Below, in pieces: positions 10,578 through 21,869 of a stretch of DNA of 64,000 nt (within the stretch, counting starts at the first letter, position 1; every line of letters starts with the position of its first letter). The notes below the pieces were generated by a model. That model was not told the origin of the DNA, did no database searches, and saw only the letters and a program-made list of their open reading frames with translations. The translations under genes and the position numbers were made by a program. Source of the stretch: a virus (taxonomy: Duplodnaviria > Caudoviricetes); the IMG/VR virus record IMGVR_UViG_3300011116_001007. One strand, given 5' to 3'.

Positions 10578-11964
10578 TAAAGGTGACGAGTCTGTAGACA
10601 ACAAGAGCCGGTTCCTTAACTCTGCTGAGCAAATGGCAGAGAACCTGGGCCCTGCACTATGTCTTGCCAAATGGAAACAGGTAAGTTTACATTTGCCCAC
10701 TGGATTAAATAACAGTTGCTACCATCCGCCGTTGCACTCTATATCCGTTGAAGATATTGGCCGCAATCCGGCAGCATTACACAATACAGATCATAAAAAA
10801 CAACAACGCAAGTTGATGTTAGCAGGCGAACGTCCAGCAGAGTGTCAGTATTGTTGGAACATGGAAGATCTAAGCAAACTCAGTGATCGACATTATAGAT
10901 CAGGCGAACCCTGGGCAGCAGTGGATTTTGAAAAAATAAAAAACTCAACTGGAGATGAACAAGATGTCGTACCGTCATATGTGGAAGTCAATTTTAACAA
11001 TGCCTGTAACCTTAAATGCAGCTATTGCAGTCCGCAGTTCAGCTCTAGCTGGCAACAAGAAATTGACCGCTACGGTGCCTTTCCTACTTTGGTTCCTCAT
11101 AACGCTCCTGAGCATTTTATCGGCCACCGCAGGCCTATTCCTGCCCGTGATCACAATCCTTACGTAGAAGCATTCTGGGCTTGGTGGCCCAGTCTATATC
11201 CTGAGCTCAAGCATTTCCGAATGACCGGCGGCGAGCCGCTGATGGATCGTAATACCTATCAAGTGTTTGACTATGTGCTGGACCATCCCAAGAGTGACTT
11301 GCATCTAGCTGTGACATCAAACTTCAGTGTAGAGCCCAAACTGTCTACCAAGTATTTTGATTATGTAAAAAGATTGTGCAATACTGATATTGAACATTTC
11401 ATGCAGTATGTGAGCCTTGACTCAGGCATAGGGCCTCAAGCTGAATACATACGCCACGGGTTAGACTTTGCTCGATTGCAGAACAATGTGGAAACATATC
11501 TTCGAGACATTCCATATCGCAACAGTCTCACTTTTATTGTGACCATGAACAATCTGGCAGTGACTGGATTCTTACCATTAATGCAATGGATCTTGGATCT
11601 ACGACGCAGACATAGTCAAACATATCAACGTGTGTGGTTTGATACACCTATACTGCGACAACCTGCCTGGCAAAGCCTACAAACATTGCCCGAAAGCTAT
11701 GCTGCAAAATTGGAACAAGCCCGCGACTTTATGTTGGAGAATCTAGAAACAGACGCTGATCCGTTTCACGGATTCAAAGACTATGAGGTGCAACGACTGG
11801 AACGTGATATTGCCTGGATGCGATCCTCTGCGCCGCAGCCCAGTGCAATGGCAGACTTTGCAAGATTTTTTAACGAACACGATCGCCGCAGAGGTACTGA
11901 CTTCAAGGCCACATTCCCAGAAATGATCACCTGGTGGAAACAATGCGGTCTACATGCTAGGTAA
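10558..11964 (+). CDS. Radical SAM protein with N-terminal Cys-rich (twitch/SPASM-like) domain (1 of 5)
   Basis: CNLKCSYC, TGGEP, CLAKW...CYH...CQYCW. Confidence 0.9.
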   Translation: MNTLTNNKGDESVDNKSRFLNSAEQMAENLGPALCLAKWKQVSLHLPTGLNNSCYHPPLHSISVEDIGRNPAALHNTDHKKQQRKLMLAGERPAECQYCWNMEDLSKLSDRHYRSGEPWAAVDFEKIKNSTGDEQDVVPSYVEVNFNNACNLKCSYCSPQFSSSWQQEIDRYGAFPTLVPHNAPEHFIGHRRPIPARDHNPYVEAFWAWWPSLYPELKHFRMTGGEPLMDRNTYQVFDYVLDHPKSDLHLAVTSNFSVEPKLSTKYFDYVKRLCNTDIEHFMQYVSLDSGIGPQAEYIRHGLDFARLQNNVETYLRDIPYRNSLTFIVTMNNLAVTGFLPLMQWILDLRRRHSQTYQRVWFDTPILRQPAWQSLQTLPESYAAKLEQARDFMLENLETDADPFHGFKDYEVQRLERDIAWMRSSAPQPSAMADFARFFNEHDRRRGTDFKATFPEMITWWKQCGLHAR

Positions 11965-13072
11965 TCACAAAGTCGTTGTGGATGAATGGGCCGAAGTTTG
12001 GGATCTCCTCAAACCCTATGCCGACGGCAGCTTCTGGCGCTGGAGTGATTTAACTCTTGATCCGTCGACTGTGTATATTGTTGGGCGAGTGGTGCTCAAA
12101 GAGAACTGGCAATCCATAACCGAATGGGCACACCAACATCCGGGAAAAATAGTGTTTTGCAATCCTGCTGAAGGATCTCAGACTATATTACTGCAACTGA
12201 AAAGATTGATGATTTCTGAGCAAATCAAATCAGGAGAAATATTGTTGCTGACCTCAGGAGATCTAGAATCTGGGTGGAACTATTGCAAGACTGATTGTTA
12301 TTTTTCCAACATTGTCGAATATCTTGAAAACATTGGCGCACACGAATCTTGGCCGCAAGTGTATCACAAAAAAAACAAACCATATGATTTTTTGTTTTTG
12401 AATGGACGCCTAAGGCCACATCGCAAATATCTAATAGATCAACTACGACAGAAGAAATTATTGGATCGAGCACTGTGGACCAACTTAGGCGAGCAAGTGG
12501 AAATGTCCTGGACCAGCACATTGTTAACCGAATCAAACGAGCCAGTTAGATTGTTGCCCGAGCAGTATGAGATACCTCGTGCCTTACCCAACATGTCAGA
12601 ATTGCCAACAGGATTTGTCAAACATCACCTGTTTGGAAACACCTGGGGCGATGCCATAGTCAATCCTGCGGCCTATGTGGACACGTCGTTTTCGTTGGTA
12701 ACAGAAACCATATTTGATTATCCGCACACATTCCGAACAGAAAAGATCTGGAAGCCCATGATCATGTGTCATCCATTTGTGGTGGCTGCCAACCGCGGCT
12801 ACTATCGAGACCTGCATAATGCAGGGTTTGAAACATTCGGCAACTTGATCGACGAGTCATTTGACCAGATTGACGATCCTACCGATCGTGCCAATAGAGT
12901 GGTTGCAGTTGTGAAAGATATATGCTATAATGGTGCTGAGGCTTTCTTAGAAGCTGCCAGAAGTGCATGTAAATACAACTATCAGCAACTTCGCGATCAC
13001 AACAAACAACAACGTGCTGCTCTGTCAGCTCAACTTGAGATTTATATAAATGCCAACACACACTATAGCTAG
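11954..13072 (+). CDS. GT10-like TEK-motif protein (2 of 6)
   Basis: SLVTET...FRTEKIWKPM...HPF...GFETF..LIDESFD. Confidence 0.5.
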   Translation: MLGNHKVVVDEWAEVWDLLKPYADGSFWRWSDLTLDPSTVYIVGRVVLKENWQSITEWAHQHPGKIVFCNPAEGSQTILLQLKRLMISEQIKSGEILLLTSGDLESGWNYCKTDCYFSNIVEYLENIGAHESWPQVYHKKNKPYDFLFLNGRLRPHRKYLIDQLRQKKLLDRALWTNLGEQVEMSWTSTLLTESNEPVRLLPEQYEIPRALPNMSELPTGFVKHHLFGNTWGDAIVNPAAYVDTSFSLVTETIFDYPHTFRTEKIWKPMIMCHPFVVAANRGYYRDLHNAGFETFGNLIDESFDQIDDPTDRANRVVAVVKDICYNGAEAFLEAARSACKYNYQQLRDHNKQQRAALSAQLEIYINANTHYS

Positions 13073-14105
13073 AACTTTCCCCACCAAATGGGTGTATGGT
13101 GAGTACGAAGAAAAAATACTACACAGTCTTTCAGCACAGATCGACAGTCGATTTCCTGATCAAAACAATTTAATTTTAAATTTTACCTGGCATGGGCCGT
13201 GGACTGATACCGAAGTTGACGACTATATCTCAACTGGCAAAAAGATTGATCAGTTGTTTATTGTGTGTACTGTGGATGGTTACCTAGGCACGTTGGATCA
13301 TTACATAAAACGATTAAAAGACACTGTTGGAGTTTCCACTGTGCATTGGGTGGGGAATTTTGAAAATAGTCCTTTTGAATTTAATTTTTTTGCCATAGTA
13401 TGCAGAGATCATTTCAAGAAGTACAACACACAAGATCTAATTCTGACTGATGTGAAACATGCATTTGTCAGTTACAATCGCAAACCTTATCCACACCGAT
13501 TAGAGTTTGTTCGAGAACTAGTGAATACCGGATTAAACAATCATGGCGTGATAACAATGGGTCGCAGTTTTCCCGGAGAAGACCACGGATTATTCATGAG
13601 CATAGGAGAGCGTGAAGAAGATTATGTAAAATATGGACATTGGTACGAGCCAGGAACAGAGTCAACTCCTCATGTGATTCCGCATGATCTTTTTAGCTTA
13701 CACAATTGGCCAGTGTGGCAACATCATTTTTTACATGTGACGGGAGCAACTATATTTCCTGATTATTTGCCGGTGTTTGTTAATCAGATACATTTTAAAC
13801 CCATTATTGGACTGCGTCCATTCATAATAAATGGACAGAGCAAGCAAAGTGCGTATCTCAGAAAACACGGATTCCGAACTTTTGAAAAATGGTTTCCTGG
13901 AACAGAAGTCAATACTTCACCGCCTGAGGCAGCAGAACAAAGTAAAAATCAATTGGTCAAGACCTTGCAAACCTTAGTAAAATTGTCGCCCACAGAAATG
14001 CTAGACATGTACCAAAGCATGCTGCCTGATTTGTTACACAACCGCCAGCGTTGGTTTGAGTGGGCAGATGAGCAGGCAGCGTTGGCAGAAAATATATTTC
14101 AATGA
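13050..14105 (+). CDS. GT10-like protein with degenerate TEK motif (3 of 6)
   Basis: FVSYNRKPYPHR...FVNQIHFKPIIGLRPF...GFRTF. Confidence 0.45.
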   Translation: MPTHTIARTFPTKWVYGEYEEKILHSLSAQIDSRFPDQNNLILNFTWHGPWTDTEVDDYISTGKKIDQLFIVCTVDGYLGTLDHYIKRLKDTVGVSTVHWVGNFENSPFEFNFFAIVCRDHFKKYNTQDLILTDVKHAFVSYNRKPYPHRLEFVRELVNTGLNNHGVITMGRSFPGEDHGLFMSIGEREEDYVKYGHWYEPGTESTPHVIPHDLFSLHNWPVWQHHFLHVTGATIFPDYLPVFVNQIHFKPIIGLRPFIINGQSKQSAYLRKHGFRTFEKWFPGTEVNTSPPEAAEQSKNQLVKTLQTLVKLSPTEMLDMYQSMLPDLLHNRQRWFEWADEQAALAENIFQ

Positions 14106-15448
14106 ATGATTTAGAATTTAAACACACAGTATTAGACCCTCTCTCAGCCAGTTTTTGTGCGGCAAAATGGTATAACGCAACCATTTGGTTAGGAAGTGGA
14201 CAGACCACAAGTTGTCATCACCCGCCAGCCCATTTAGTGGACGTATCTATGTTATCCGCTAACCCTAAGCTACTGCACAATACTCCACAAAAGAAAGAAG
14301 ATCGTCGCAAGATGATCAACGGGGAGCGTCCCCCTGGCTGTGAGTATTGCTGGAAGATTGAAGACATGGGTCGTGACGCTGTGAGCGACCGTGTGTATAA
14401 AAGTCGAATTTATCCTATAGAGGCATTAGATGAAGCATTTGAAACTCCGGCAACTACTGACGTTAACCTACGAACCCTTGAAATTGCATTTGACCGCACT
14501 TGTCAATTTGCTTGTAGCTATTGTAACCCTGCTTTTAGTAGCACTTGGGTTAACGATATACGAAAGAATGGACCTTATAACGGACTTGTTAGTGATGGTC
14601 GGAACCATTTTACTCACACTCACGATAGCAGCCAACTTTATAAATTCGGTCAAACTAATCCGTATGTGGAAGCATTCTTCCGATGGTGGGAAACAGACCT
14701 CCATCGAACACTACAAGAACTAAGAGTCACTGGCGGCGAACCACTGATGAGCGCCGAAACTTGGAAACTGATTGATTGGTTTCGGCATAATCCTGGCCGC
14801 AGCCAAACAAGATTAGCAATCAATTCAAATTTAGGCACAGCAGTAGACTTGGATCGATTGTTAGACAGCATCACAGGATTGGAAGTGGACATATACACAT
14901 CAAACGAAAGCATAGGCTTACAAGCTGAATACATCAGAGACGGACTGGTATGGGACGACTGGGCCAACAATGTAGAACGCCTGTTGGACTCGAGAAAGTT
15001 ACGTGGTATACATGTGATGAACACTATCAATGCCTTGTGCTTGGATACATTGGATCAGTTCTTGGAATGCATAATGAACTGGAAACTAGAATACGGTCGT
15101 GATGCTGTGAGTTTTACATTGAATATATTAAGATTCCCTAGCTTTCAGTCTCCACTGGTGTTGCCTGACAACCTGCGTATGGTATATCGACAACGCCTGA
15201 TCACATGGCTAGAACATTGGGCAGGTAGTGAGTTTTTACACGAACACGAACTCAATCATGTACAGCGCCTGATAGATTATTTGGATGTGGTCAAGACTCC
15301 TCATTCAGAAGCATTTGAAATGCCCAAATTGTTGAGCGACTTCAAACAGTTCTATACACAATACGATCAACGACGCGGCAAAGACTTTGGCCTGGCGTTT
15401 CCCACATTAAAACACTGGTATGACTCAATACAAATACAACAGCAGTGA
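14102..15448 (+). CDS. Radical SAM protein (2 of 5)
   Basis: CQFACSYC, TGGEP, CAAKW...CHH...CEYCW. Confidence 0.9.
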   Translation: MNDLEFKHTVLDPLSASFCAAKWYNATIWLGSGQTTSCHHPPAHLVDVSMLSANPKLLHNTPQKKEDRRKMINGERPPGCEYCWKIEDMGRDAVSDRVYKSRIYPIEALDEAFETPATTDVNLRTLEIAFDRTCQFACSYCNPAFSSTWVNDIRKNGPYNGLVSDGRNHFTHTHDSSQLYKFGQTNPYVEAFFRWWETDLHRTLQELRVTGGEPLMSAETWKLIDWFRHNPGRSQTRLAINSNLGTAVDLDRLLDSITGLEVDIYTSNESIGLQAEYIRDGLVWDDWANNVERLLDSRKLRGIHVMNTINALCLDTLDQFLECIMNWKLEYGRDAVSFTLNILRFPSFQSPLVLPDNLRMVYRQRLITWLEHWAGSEFLHEHELNHVQRLIDYLDVVKTPHSEAFEMPKLLSDFKQFYTQYDQRRGKDFGLAFPTLKHWYDSIQIQQQ

Positions 15449-16679
15449 TTTGGTACGTGCTACTGAACTCACAAACCGCGAGCAATTTTTGCTTGCCGAA
15501 TCAAAAACTTTTTGTATCTATCCTTGGATACATCTGCATGCTTACCCCACTGGAGAAGCATATCCTTGTTGCCATGCAGAAATGAAATATCCAGTGGGCA
15601 ATTGCAGAACCAATACATTGAATGAAATTTGGCAAGATAAACCCATGCAAAAACTACGGTCAGACATGTTGAATGAAACTGCCAATCCTGCATGCGGACG
15701 TTGTTACGAACAAGAACAATCAGGATTCTTTAGTGGCCGTAAAAGTGCAAATAAACATCACGGGCACCATGTTAAAAAATTAGAACAAAATCCTTTTGAA
15801 ATGACCTATTGGGATATACGATTCTCAAATCTTTGCAATTTAAAATGCCGTAGTTGTGGTCACATATTTTCAAGCCAATGGTATCAAGATCAAGCCAAAC
15901 TAGCCGGCGGCGACTGGAAAGCTCGTAATCCTGTGTTGAATTATGCAGGCCGTACAGAAACTGACATGTGGGAACAATTGTTACCTCATATAGATTATGT
16001 TGAACAGATCTATTTTGCCGGCGGCGAACCACTGTTGATGGAAGAGCACTATCGCATTTTGGATGAACTGGTTCGTCGAAAAAGATTTGACGTACGGTTA
16101 ATATACAATACCAATTTTACTCATACTGATTTAAAAGGTCAGAGTGTATTCAATTACTGGAAACAATTTGATAGCGTAGCAGTAGGTGCCAGCCTTGACG
16201 GGTCAGGGAAGTATGGTGAATATATACGCAAAGGAACAGACTGGCAGAAAGTTGAACAAAATAGAATTGAAATGTTGAATATCTGCCCTGATGTGGACTT
16301 TTATATCAGTCCCACACTCAGTATAATGAATGCTTGGCATCTGCCAGACTTTCACCGTGATTGGGTCAGCCGTGGTTTTATAAAACCACAAGATCTCAAT
16401 GTAAACATATTGCAAGATCCGTTGCATTATCGAATCGATATTGCTCCTGTGAAATACAAACAACGACTACGTGTAAAATATCAAGAACACATGGCATGGT
16501 TAGAAGGTCAGGATTCTTTGCAACGTGCTACTGAAGGCTTCAACTCAGCAATTAACTTTATGATGGCCACAGACAACACACATCTCATTGACACATTCTG
16601 GCGCAAAACACACGAACTTGATGCTATAAGAAATGAAAAACTACTAGATACAATTCCTGAACTTGAGGCATTGACATGA
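15420..16679 (+). CDS. Radical SAM protein (3 of 5)
   Basis: CNLKCRSC, AGGEP, CIYPW...PCC...CGRC. Confidence 0.9.
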   Translation: MTQYKYNSSDLVRATELTNREQFLLAESKTFCIYPWIHLHAYPTGEAYPCCHAEMKYPVGNCRTNTLNEIWQDKPMQKLRSDMLNETANPACGRCYEQEQSGFFSGRKSANKHHGHHVKKLEQNPFEMTYWDIRFSNLCNLKCRSCGHIFSSQWYQDQAKLAGGDWKARNPVLNYAGRTETDMWEQLLPHIDYVEQIYFAGGEPLLMEEHYRILDELVRRKRFDVRLIYNTNFTHTDLKGQSVFNYWKQFDSVAVGASLDGSGKYGEYIRKGTDWQKVEQNRIEMLNICPDVDFYISPTLSIMNAWHLPDFHRDWVSRGFIKPQDLNVNILQDPLHYRIDIAPVKYKQRLRVKYQEHMAWLEGQDSLQRATEGFNSAINFMMATDNTHLIDTFWRKTHELDAIRNEKLLDTIPELEALT

Positions 16680-17263
16680 ACAAAGGTCTTGCGCTAGGAT
16701 GTAGCCATACCGCCGGTGTAGGAATCAACTACTCTGATTGTTATGTAACTTTTTTAAGTCAGCACTATCAGACTACTATTAAAAATTTAGCAGTGCCTGG
16801 CGGCAGTCATGAACAAGTTGAAAGCAATCTAATAAATGAGATCAAAAATGATTGCCCAGATTTTGTAATAGTACAATGGCCAAATCCATTCCGGCGTACA
16901 ATTTGGAATGGCGAACGCTCAAATTTAGAAAATATAACAAATGCAAGTTCGGTGTTTAAGCAATTACTAAAGCTAGGGGAAAAAAATTTTTATACCCCGT
17001 GGATACAAAGCATTGTTACCTGTAACACTGTTTGCACTGTGGCCAAAGTACCAATTGTAAATATCATGTTAGAAAATCTTGAAGAACAATATTATTTAAA
17101 ATTAAAAAAAGAAGGTATTGTTTTACATGTGGATGAAAAACTTCCTGGAAAAACTTGGTTGTTTGATAGTGCTGCCAATGACAATATGCATCATAGTGCC
17201 CGGTGCCATAGAGCATGGGCCGATAGACTTGTAGGATTAATAGATGAAAATACCGCACGATAA
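16676..17263 (+). CDS. SGNH-like protein
   Basis: LGCSHT, NLAVPGGS, C-terminal DNMH. Confidence 0.5.
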   Translation: MNKGLALGCSHTAGVGINYSDCYVTFLSQHYQTTIKNLAVPGGSHEQVESNLINEIKNDCPDFVIVQWPNPFRRTIWNGERSNLENITNASSVFKQLLKLGEKNFYTPWIQSIVTCNTVCTVAKVPIVNIMLENLEEQYYLKLKKEGIVLHVDEKLPGKTWLFDSAANDNMHHSARCHRAWADRLVGLIDENTAR

Positions 17264-18455
17264 ATTTTGTGTTTTGCCTTGGATCAGTATCGAAGCCAGC
17301 CCAATTGGCACAGTACGACCCTGCTGTTTAGCCGATGATGAAATTGTGGACGACAACGGTGAAAAATTTCAACTGGCCACAGCAGACTTTGCTGACATAC
17401 AAAACAGCAATCACATGCGTGATTTGCGTGGAGATTTTTTAGCAGGAAAAAAACCTCAGACATGTCGTAAGTGTTGGAATGAAGAACGATCAGGCCGCAC
17501 AAGCAAACGTATGCACACATTAGATCGTCTAAAACATGTTCTCAAAGATCAAGAGTGGACCAGTGATGCTAAACCGCTGATGTTCCTGGATCTCAAGCTG
17601 GGTAATATCTGCAATCTCAAATGTAGAATATGCGGTTCATGGTCAAGTTCTCAATTTGCCAGTGAAGAAATTGCCTGGCTGCCCCGAGAGGAACAAAAAA
17701 CTAGTCACGCTTATCAGATGCTACGAGCTGGAGCCTGGCCCAAAGAAAACACACAATTCTGGACTCAGATTGATAGTGTATTGTCTGACATACGTTACAT
17801 TGAATTCACCGGCGGCGAACCTTTCATGATTGAACAACATTTTGACATGTTGCAAGGCATAGTAGATCGTGGTATTGCAGCTCAAGTAGAAATACACTAC
17901 AACACCAACGGCACACAATGGCCCGAGCGCGGACCAGAAATTTGGCGGCATTTTAAAACAGTAGAAGTGGCATTTAGTATAGACGATGTGGGGGCCAGAT
18001 TTGATTATCAACGCACCAACGCAGACTGGGCAGTGGTGTTAGACAATATTACAAGTTTTCAATATCTTAAAGATCAACTGCCCAACTTGCGGTTACAATG
18101 CTGTTCAACAGTGAATGTGTTCAATGTGCGTTACATTGATGAACTGGCACGCTGGATAGCCCTGCAACGGTTTGACTTTGTGTACTGGAACATGATGCAT
18201 GACGCCTGGTACTTTAGCATAGCCACTTTGCCCGACACTGCAAAAACACAAATTATTGCACACCTAGAATCGGCCAATGTGCCCGATCAATACCAAGACG
18301 AATTTGAGCGCATAGTAGATTTCATGCGTAACGGAGCATCCACCGACGGATTCATGACACGTATGAAGATAGCCGATCTAGACAGAAAACGCAATCAAGA
18401 TTTACGAACAGTGGCTCCTGAATTTGCACAGATAATAGAATACACAGGTCCATGA
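17244..18455 (+). CDS. Radical SAM protein (4 of 5)
   Basis: CNLKCRIC, TGGEP, CVLPW...PCC...CRKCW. Confidence 0.9.
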   Translation: MKIPHDKFCVLPWISIEASPIGTVRPCCLADDEIVDDNGEKFQLATADFADIQNSNHMRDLRGDFLAGKKPQTCRKCWNEERSGRTSKRMHTLDRLKHVLKDQEWTSDAKPLMFLDLKLGNICNLKCRICGSWSSSQFASEEIAWLPREEQKTSHAYQMLRAGAWPKENTQFWTQIDSVLSDIRYIEFTGGEPFMIEQHFDMLQGIVDRGIAAQVEIHYNTNGTQWPERGPEIWRHFKTVEVAFSIDDVGARFDYQRTNADWAVVLDNITSFQYLKDQLPNLRLQCCSTVNVFNVRYIDELARWIALQRFDFVYWNMMHDAWYFSIATLPDTAKTQIIAHLESANVPDQYQDEFERIVDFMRNGASTDGFMTRMKIADLDRKRNQDLRTVAPEFAQIIEYTGP

Positions 18456-19459
18456 CTGTTGTATTAATGTTTCCGGCCAGTCTGACGCCCTGGCACACTC
18501 AATGCATGCTGCAAGGATGTCCATTTGAGATTTTTGATCCAGATATCGAGTACCCAACCTCAACTGTATTTTTATACAACATGTATGGTCCTTACCAGGA
18601 ATATATCAAGCAACATCTTGATCAAGGGTACCGAGTCATATATGATGCCAAAAATGAACACTATGTGAATCCTGACAAACATTGGGTGCTGGACGAATTT
18701 GTGGCACATCCAGGTCAAGGAATGTTTTTGATATCCGGACATGAGCCACAAACAATTGCTGGAGTAACAATAGCAGCCACACCTTATTGGTATTGGATAA
18801 TTGACCAGACAGAGTTTAAAAAATTTGGATACGACCAGTATCGGTGGAACCCCACATACAAATTTGATTTTTTCATGCAGATAAGCCTGCCTAGAGTCGA
18901 CAGAGACGTGCTGTATGATATAATGGCGCCTGTGTTGCATCGCGGATTACACAGTTATCGCAGTCGTGGAATATTTTTGCCCAATGATGTTGACACAACA
19001 GCAGTACCGGATTGGCAACGATATACTAATTTTGATTGGATTGATCAATGCAATCTCACCGTGATAGTGGAAACTAACATCGACGACGCTACCATAACTG
19101 GAACCAGTATAACAAAAAATGATCAGTGGTTCTTGTGCGAAAAAACTTATAAACCTATTGCGTATGGCCATCCTTTTTTACAAGCAGGCACCTGCGGCAA
19201 TTTAAATTATGTACGGCAGCAAGGATTTGAAACTTTTCCCGAACTATGGGATGAAAGCTATAGCAATTTGCCACACTACACTGATCGCGTCCGTGCTATA
19301 ATGAGTATCATCCAATCATTTGACCCTGCTGCATTGTCAATGCCCATTGTTCGAGAAAAATTAAAATACAATCAAGCAAGATTTTTTGACAAAGAGTTAA
19401 CCGCAAAATTCCTAGCAGAAACCATCACAAATCCTATTATTGAGTTTGCCAATGACTAA
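18452..19459 (+). CDS. GT10-like TEK-motif protein (4 of 6)
   Basis: VIVET...FLCEKTYKPIAYGHPF...GFETF.ELWDESY. Confidence 0.5.
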   Translation: MTVVLMFPASLTPWHTQCMLQGCPFEIFDPDIEYPTSTVFLYNMYGPYQEYIKQHLDQGYRVIYDAKNEHYVNPDKHWVLDEFVAHPGQGMFLISGHEPQTIAGVTIAATPYWYWIIDQTEFKKFGYDQYRWNPTYKFDFFMQISLPRVDRDVLYDIMAPVLHRGLHSYRSRGIFLPNDVDTTAVPDWQRYTNFDWIDQCNLTVIVETNIDDATITGTSITKNDQWFLCEKTYKPIAYGHPFLQAGTCGNLNYVRQQGFETFPELWDESYSNLPHYTDRVRAIMSIIQSFDPAALSMPIVREKLKYNQARFFDKELTAKFLAETITNPIIEFAND

Positions 19460-20741
19460 ACCAGACACATTGTGCATGGCACCTTGGGTGCATACCTATC
19501 TCTCTCCGCAGACCGAGCGTCGCATGTGCTGTGCATCTAGAGAACCTGCACAAAATTTTGAACAATACATTGATACTGCATCAGGCACAGGTACTTACAT
19601 ACCAATCACCCTAGAACAGCATTGGAACAGTGATCACATGCGATCAGTCCGTCGCCGCATGATGGCTGGAGAACGCCTGTCTGAATGTGAAGTTTGCAAT
19701 GATCAGCTACTGAACACTGATGTTTACCGCACATATTTTTGGCAACTTTTTAAACATAAATATTCAGACGCAATGGCAGCTACCGGTAAAGATGGATTTT
19801 ATGAACCGTTGCCAGTGAGTTGGGATTATAGATTTAGTAACTTTTGTAATTTTAAATGTAGAACTTGCGGAGACATGTTGAGCAGTGCTTGGGAGTCAGA
19901 ACAAAAGACACACCGCATGGTCGACTGGAGCAATTCCAAAAACAACTGGATGCGTCCCGAAGTGCGAAAAAAGATCACTCAGTTCCAAGACAGTCAAATT
20001 GAGCAAGAGTTTAGCGATGCCGTAGAACAGCACAGAGTAGAAGAAGTATACTGGGTAGGCGGCGAACCCTTGATGTACGAACAGCACTGGCAGTACATGC
20101 AGCGCATAATAGAATTAGGGGACGGACCAAGAGTATATGCTAGATACAATACAAACTTATCAAGAGTGGATTATCGCGGGATCAACTTGTATCGCGATAT
20201 TTTGTCTGGGCTTAGGGATTGGCAGATATGTGCAAGTCTCGACGGCACAGGCCCAATTGGAGAATACATTAGAACAGGCCTTGACTATGATCAATGGCTT
20301 GAAAACTTCCGTGGAGCAATTGCAATCCAACGTCACCCACGTCAAGTCAGAATTGACTTTACGCTCACTCTGCCCGGAATGTTTGAAGTTGGCCCGATTA
20401 CAGAACTCGCTGGACAACTTGGCGTCGATGTCTTGGCCAAAGTGATCTTCTCATTCAGCCCTGACATTGTAATGAGCCCGTTGGCACTGCCTAGGCATTT
20501 GTTGCATCCGTGGTTGGATGAATTGATTGCCAAAACATCAGGTGCCATGCAGGCGGTATTGATGCAGTTAAAAAATCGACCCACTTTTGAAGAACAATGG
20601 CCGGATACCTATCAACAAAGTCTTGCCCAAGGTCGTGCTCGTGTGTTACAATTGGAACAGATAAGAACACAATCTGTAACAATGACTGATATCCTATCAG
20701 CCAGACCTGCGGTATTAAAATGGTGGATGAACATTGCTTAA
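19452..20741 (+). CDS. Radical SAM protein (5 of 5)
   Basis: CNFKCRTC, VGGEP, CMAPW...MCC...CEVC. Confidence 0.9.
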   Translation: MTKPDTLCMAPWVHTYLSPQTERRMCCASREPAQNFEQYIDTASGTGTYIPITLEQHWNSDHMRSVRRRMMAGERLSECEVCNDQLLNTDVYRTYFWQLFKHKYSDAMAATGKDGFYEPLPVSWDYRFSNFCNFKCRTCGDMLSSAWESEQKTHRMVDWSNSKNNWMRPEVRKKITQFQDSQIEQEFSDAVEQHRVEEVYWVGGEPLMYEQHWQYMQRIIELGDGPRVYARYNTNLSRVDYRGINLYRDILSGLRDWQICASLDGTGPIGEYIRTGLDYDQWLENFRGAIAIQRHPRQVRIDFTLTLPGMFEVGPITELAGQLGVDVLAKVIFSFSPDIVMSPLALPRHLLHPWLDELIAKTSGAMQAVLMQLKNRPTFEEQWPDTYQQSLAQGRARVLQLEQIRTQSVTMTDILSARPAVLKWWMNIA

Positions 20742-21771
20742 TTCAATTGAACTAGATTTACGAAGTGCAGACAACAAACTGCTGACTGTGTACGTTGATG
20801 TGTACGACAATAGCCTTGCACATAAATGGCTTGCAGCATTGACTCATCTGATTGATAACGAATATCATTTGGAAAAAAATTATTGTTGGCTAGGCTGGGT
20901 TGAAAGTGCTCGCTCCGTGGAATATATTTGTACTCAAATCAATTGCAGCATACATGCAATCAACGCAGCAGGACTGGGTTATGTAATACAAGATTTTTTT
21001 ACACCATCCAATACCACTACAGACGATGGAAAAATTGATCATGCACACATGAATCAATTACATAGTTATTTTGAAGATCTGCAAGGAGTGTCTGGAGCAA
21101 TGAGTCCATATTACAACATTGCTGACAATACCACAAGATGGCACATACGTCAATTGAACTTGCTGTGTCATGAACTAGAAAGTCTGGTGTTGAGTATTCG
21201 TAAATTAAAAACGGCACCCGAATGGCGCCGACCATCACAGTTGATGTGTTGGTTACAATCTCCAAGATTCTTGCTAGAACCAGAAGACTATGAACTGTTT
21301 GGTATTGACACAATCAATCGAGAATTAGGCGGTGTATATGTAGGAGTAAATAAAGCAGTAGGAAAACATCACTGGGAAGTTTTCAATGATGAAGGACGAG
21401 ACAGTCGAGTTGGCGAACTTGCTACCAGCACACTCAGATCTCAAACTGAAGCAGCTGGCGATTTTGATATTGAGTGGGCAAATAATCCTGGCGCCTTTCC
21501 GTGGCAAATCAAAATGCTTGGAGAATTCCGCACCTGGTTGATAAAAAATGGATTTGATCCTGATGATAAAACGTTGACCATTGGACATCCTAAAATCGCA
21601 CAAGTAGATTTGGTTCGCAGTTTTGGTACCACAGATTACAGTAAAATTTGGGAAAAAATATCAGCACATCTAGATGTGTATAAAATACGAACTGGAACAG
21701 TCGAAGCTACATACGACTATCGCTGGAGCGATGAGGACTATGATCAACAACAAATAAAGGAATTGTCATGA
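20734..21771 (+). CDS. Hypothetical protein (345 aa)
   Basis: Long ORF overlapping both neighbours; no motif recognised. Confidence 0.7.
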   Translation: MLNSIELDLRSADNKLLTVYVDVYDNSLAHKWLAALTHLIDNEYHLEKNYCWLGWVESARSVEYICTQINCSIHAINAAGLGYVIQDFFTPSNTTTDDGKIDHAHMNQLHSYFEDLQGVSGAMSPYYNIADNTTRWHIRQLNLLCHELESLVLSIRKLKTAPEWRRPSQLMCWLQSPRFLLEPEDYELFGIDTINRELGGVYVGVNKAVGKHHWEVFNDEGRDSRVGELATSTLRSQTEAAGDFDIEWANNPGAFPWQIKMLGEFRTWLIKNGFDPDDKTLTIGHPKIAQVDLVRSFGTTDYSKIWEKISAHLDVYKIRTGTVEATYDYRWSDEDYDQQQIKELS

Positions 21772-21869
21772 ACTGGATTAAAAATTTATGGAACAGAATC
21801 ACATTAGAAATTCGCTATCGTAAAAAACTACGAGAACTTCGCAAGCGCGACCCATTCATCTACAAATGA
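21768..21869 (+). CDS. 33-aa basic peptide MNWIKNLWNRITLEIRYRKKLRELRKRDPFIYK, not in ORF track
   Basis: ATGA overlaps at both ends (21768-21771 and 21866-21869). Confidence 0.65.
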   Translation: MNWIKNLWNRITLEIRYRKKLRELRKRDPFIYK

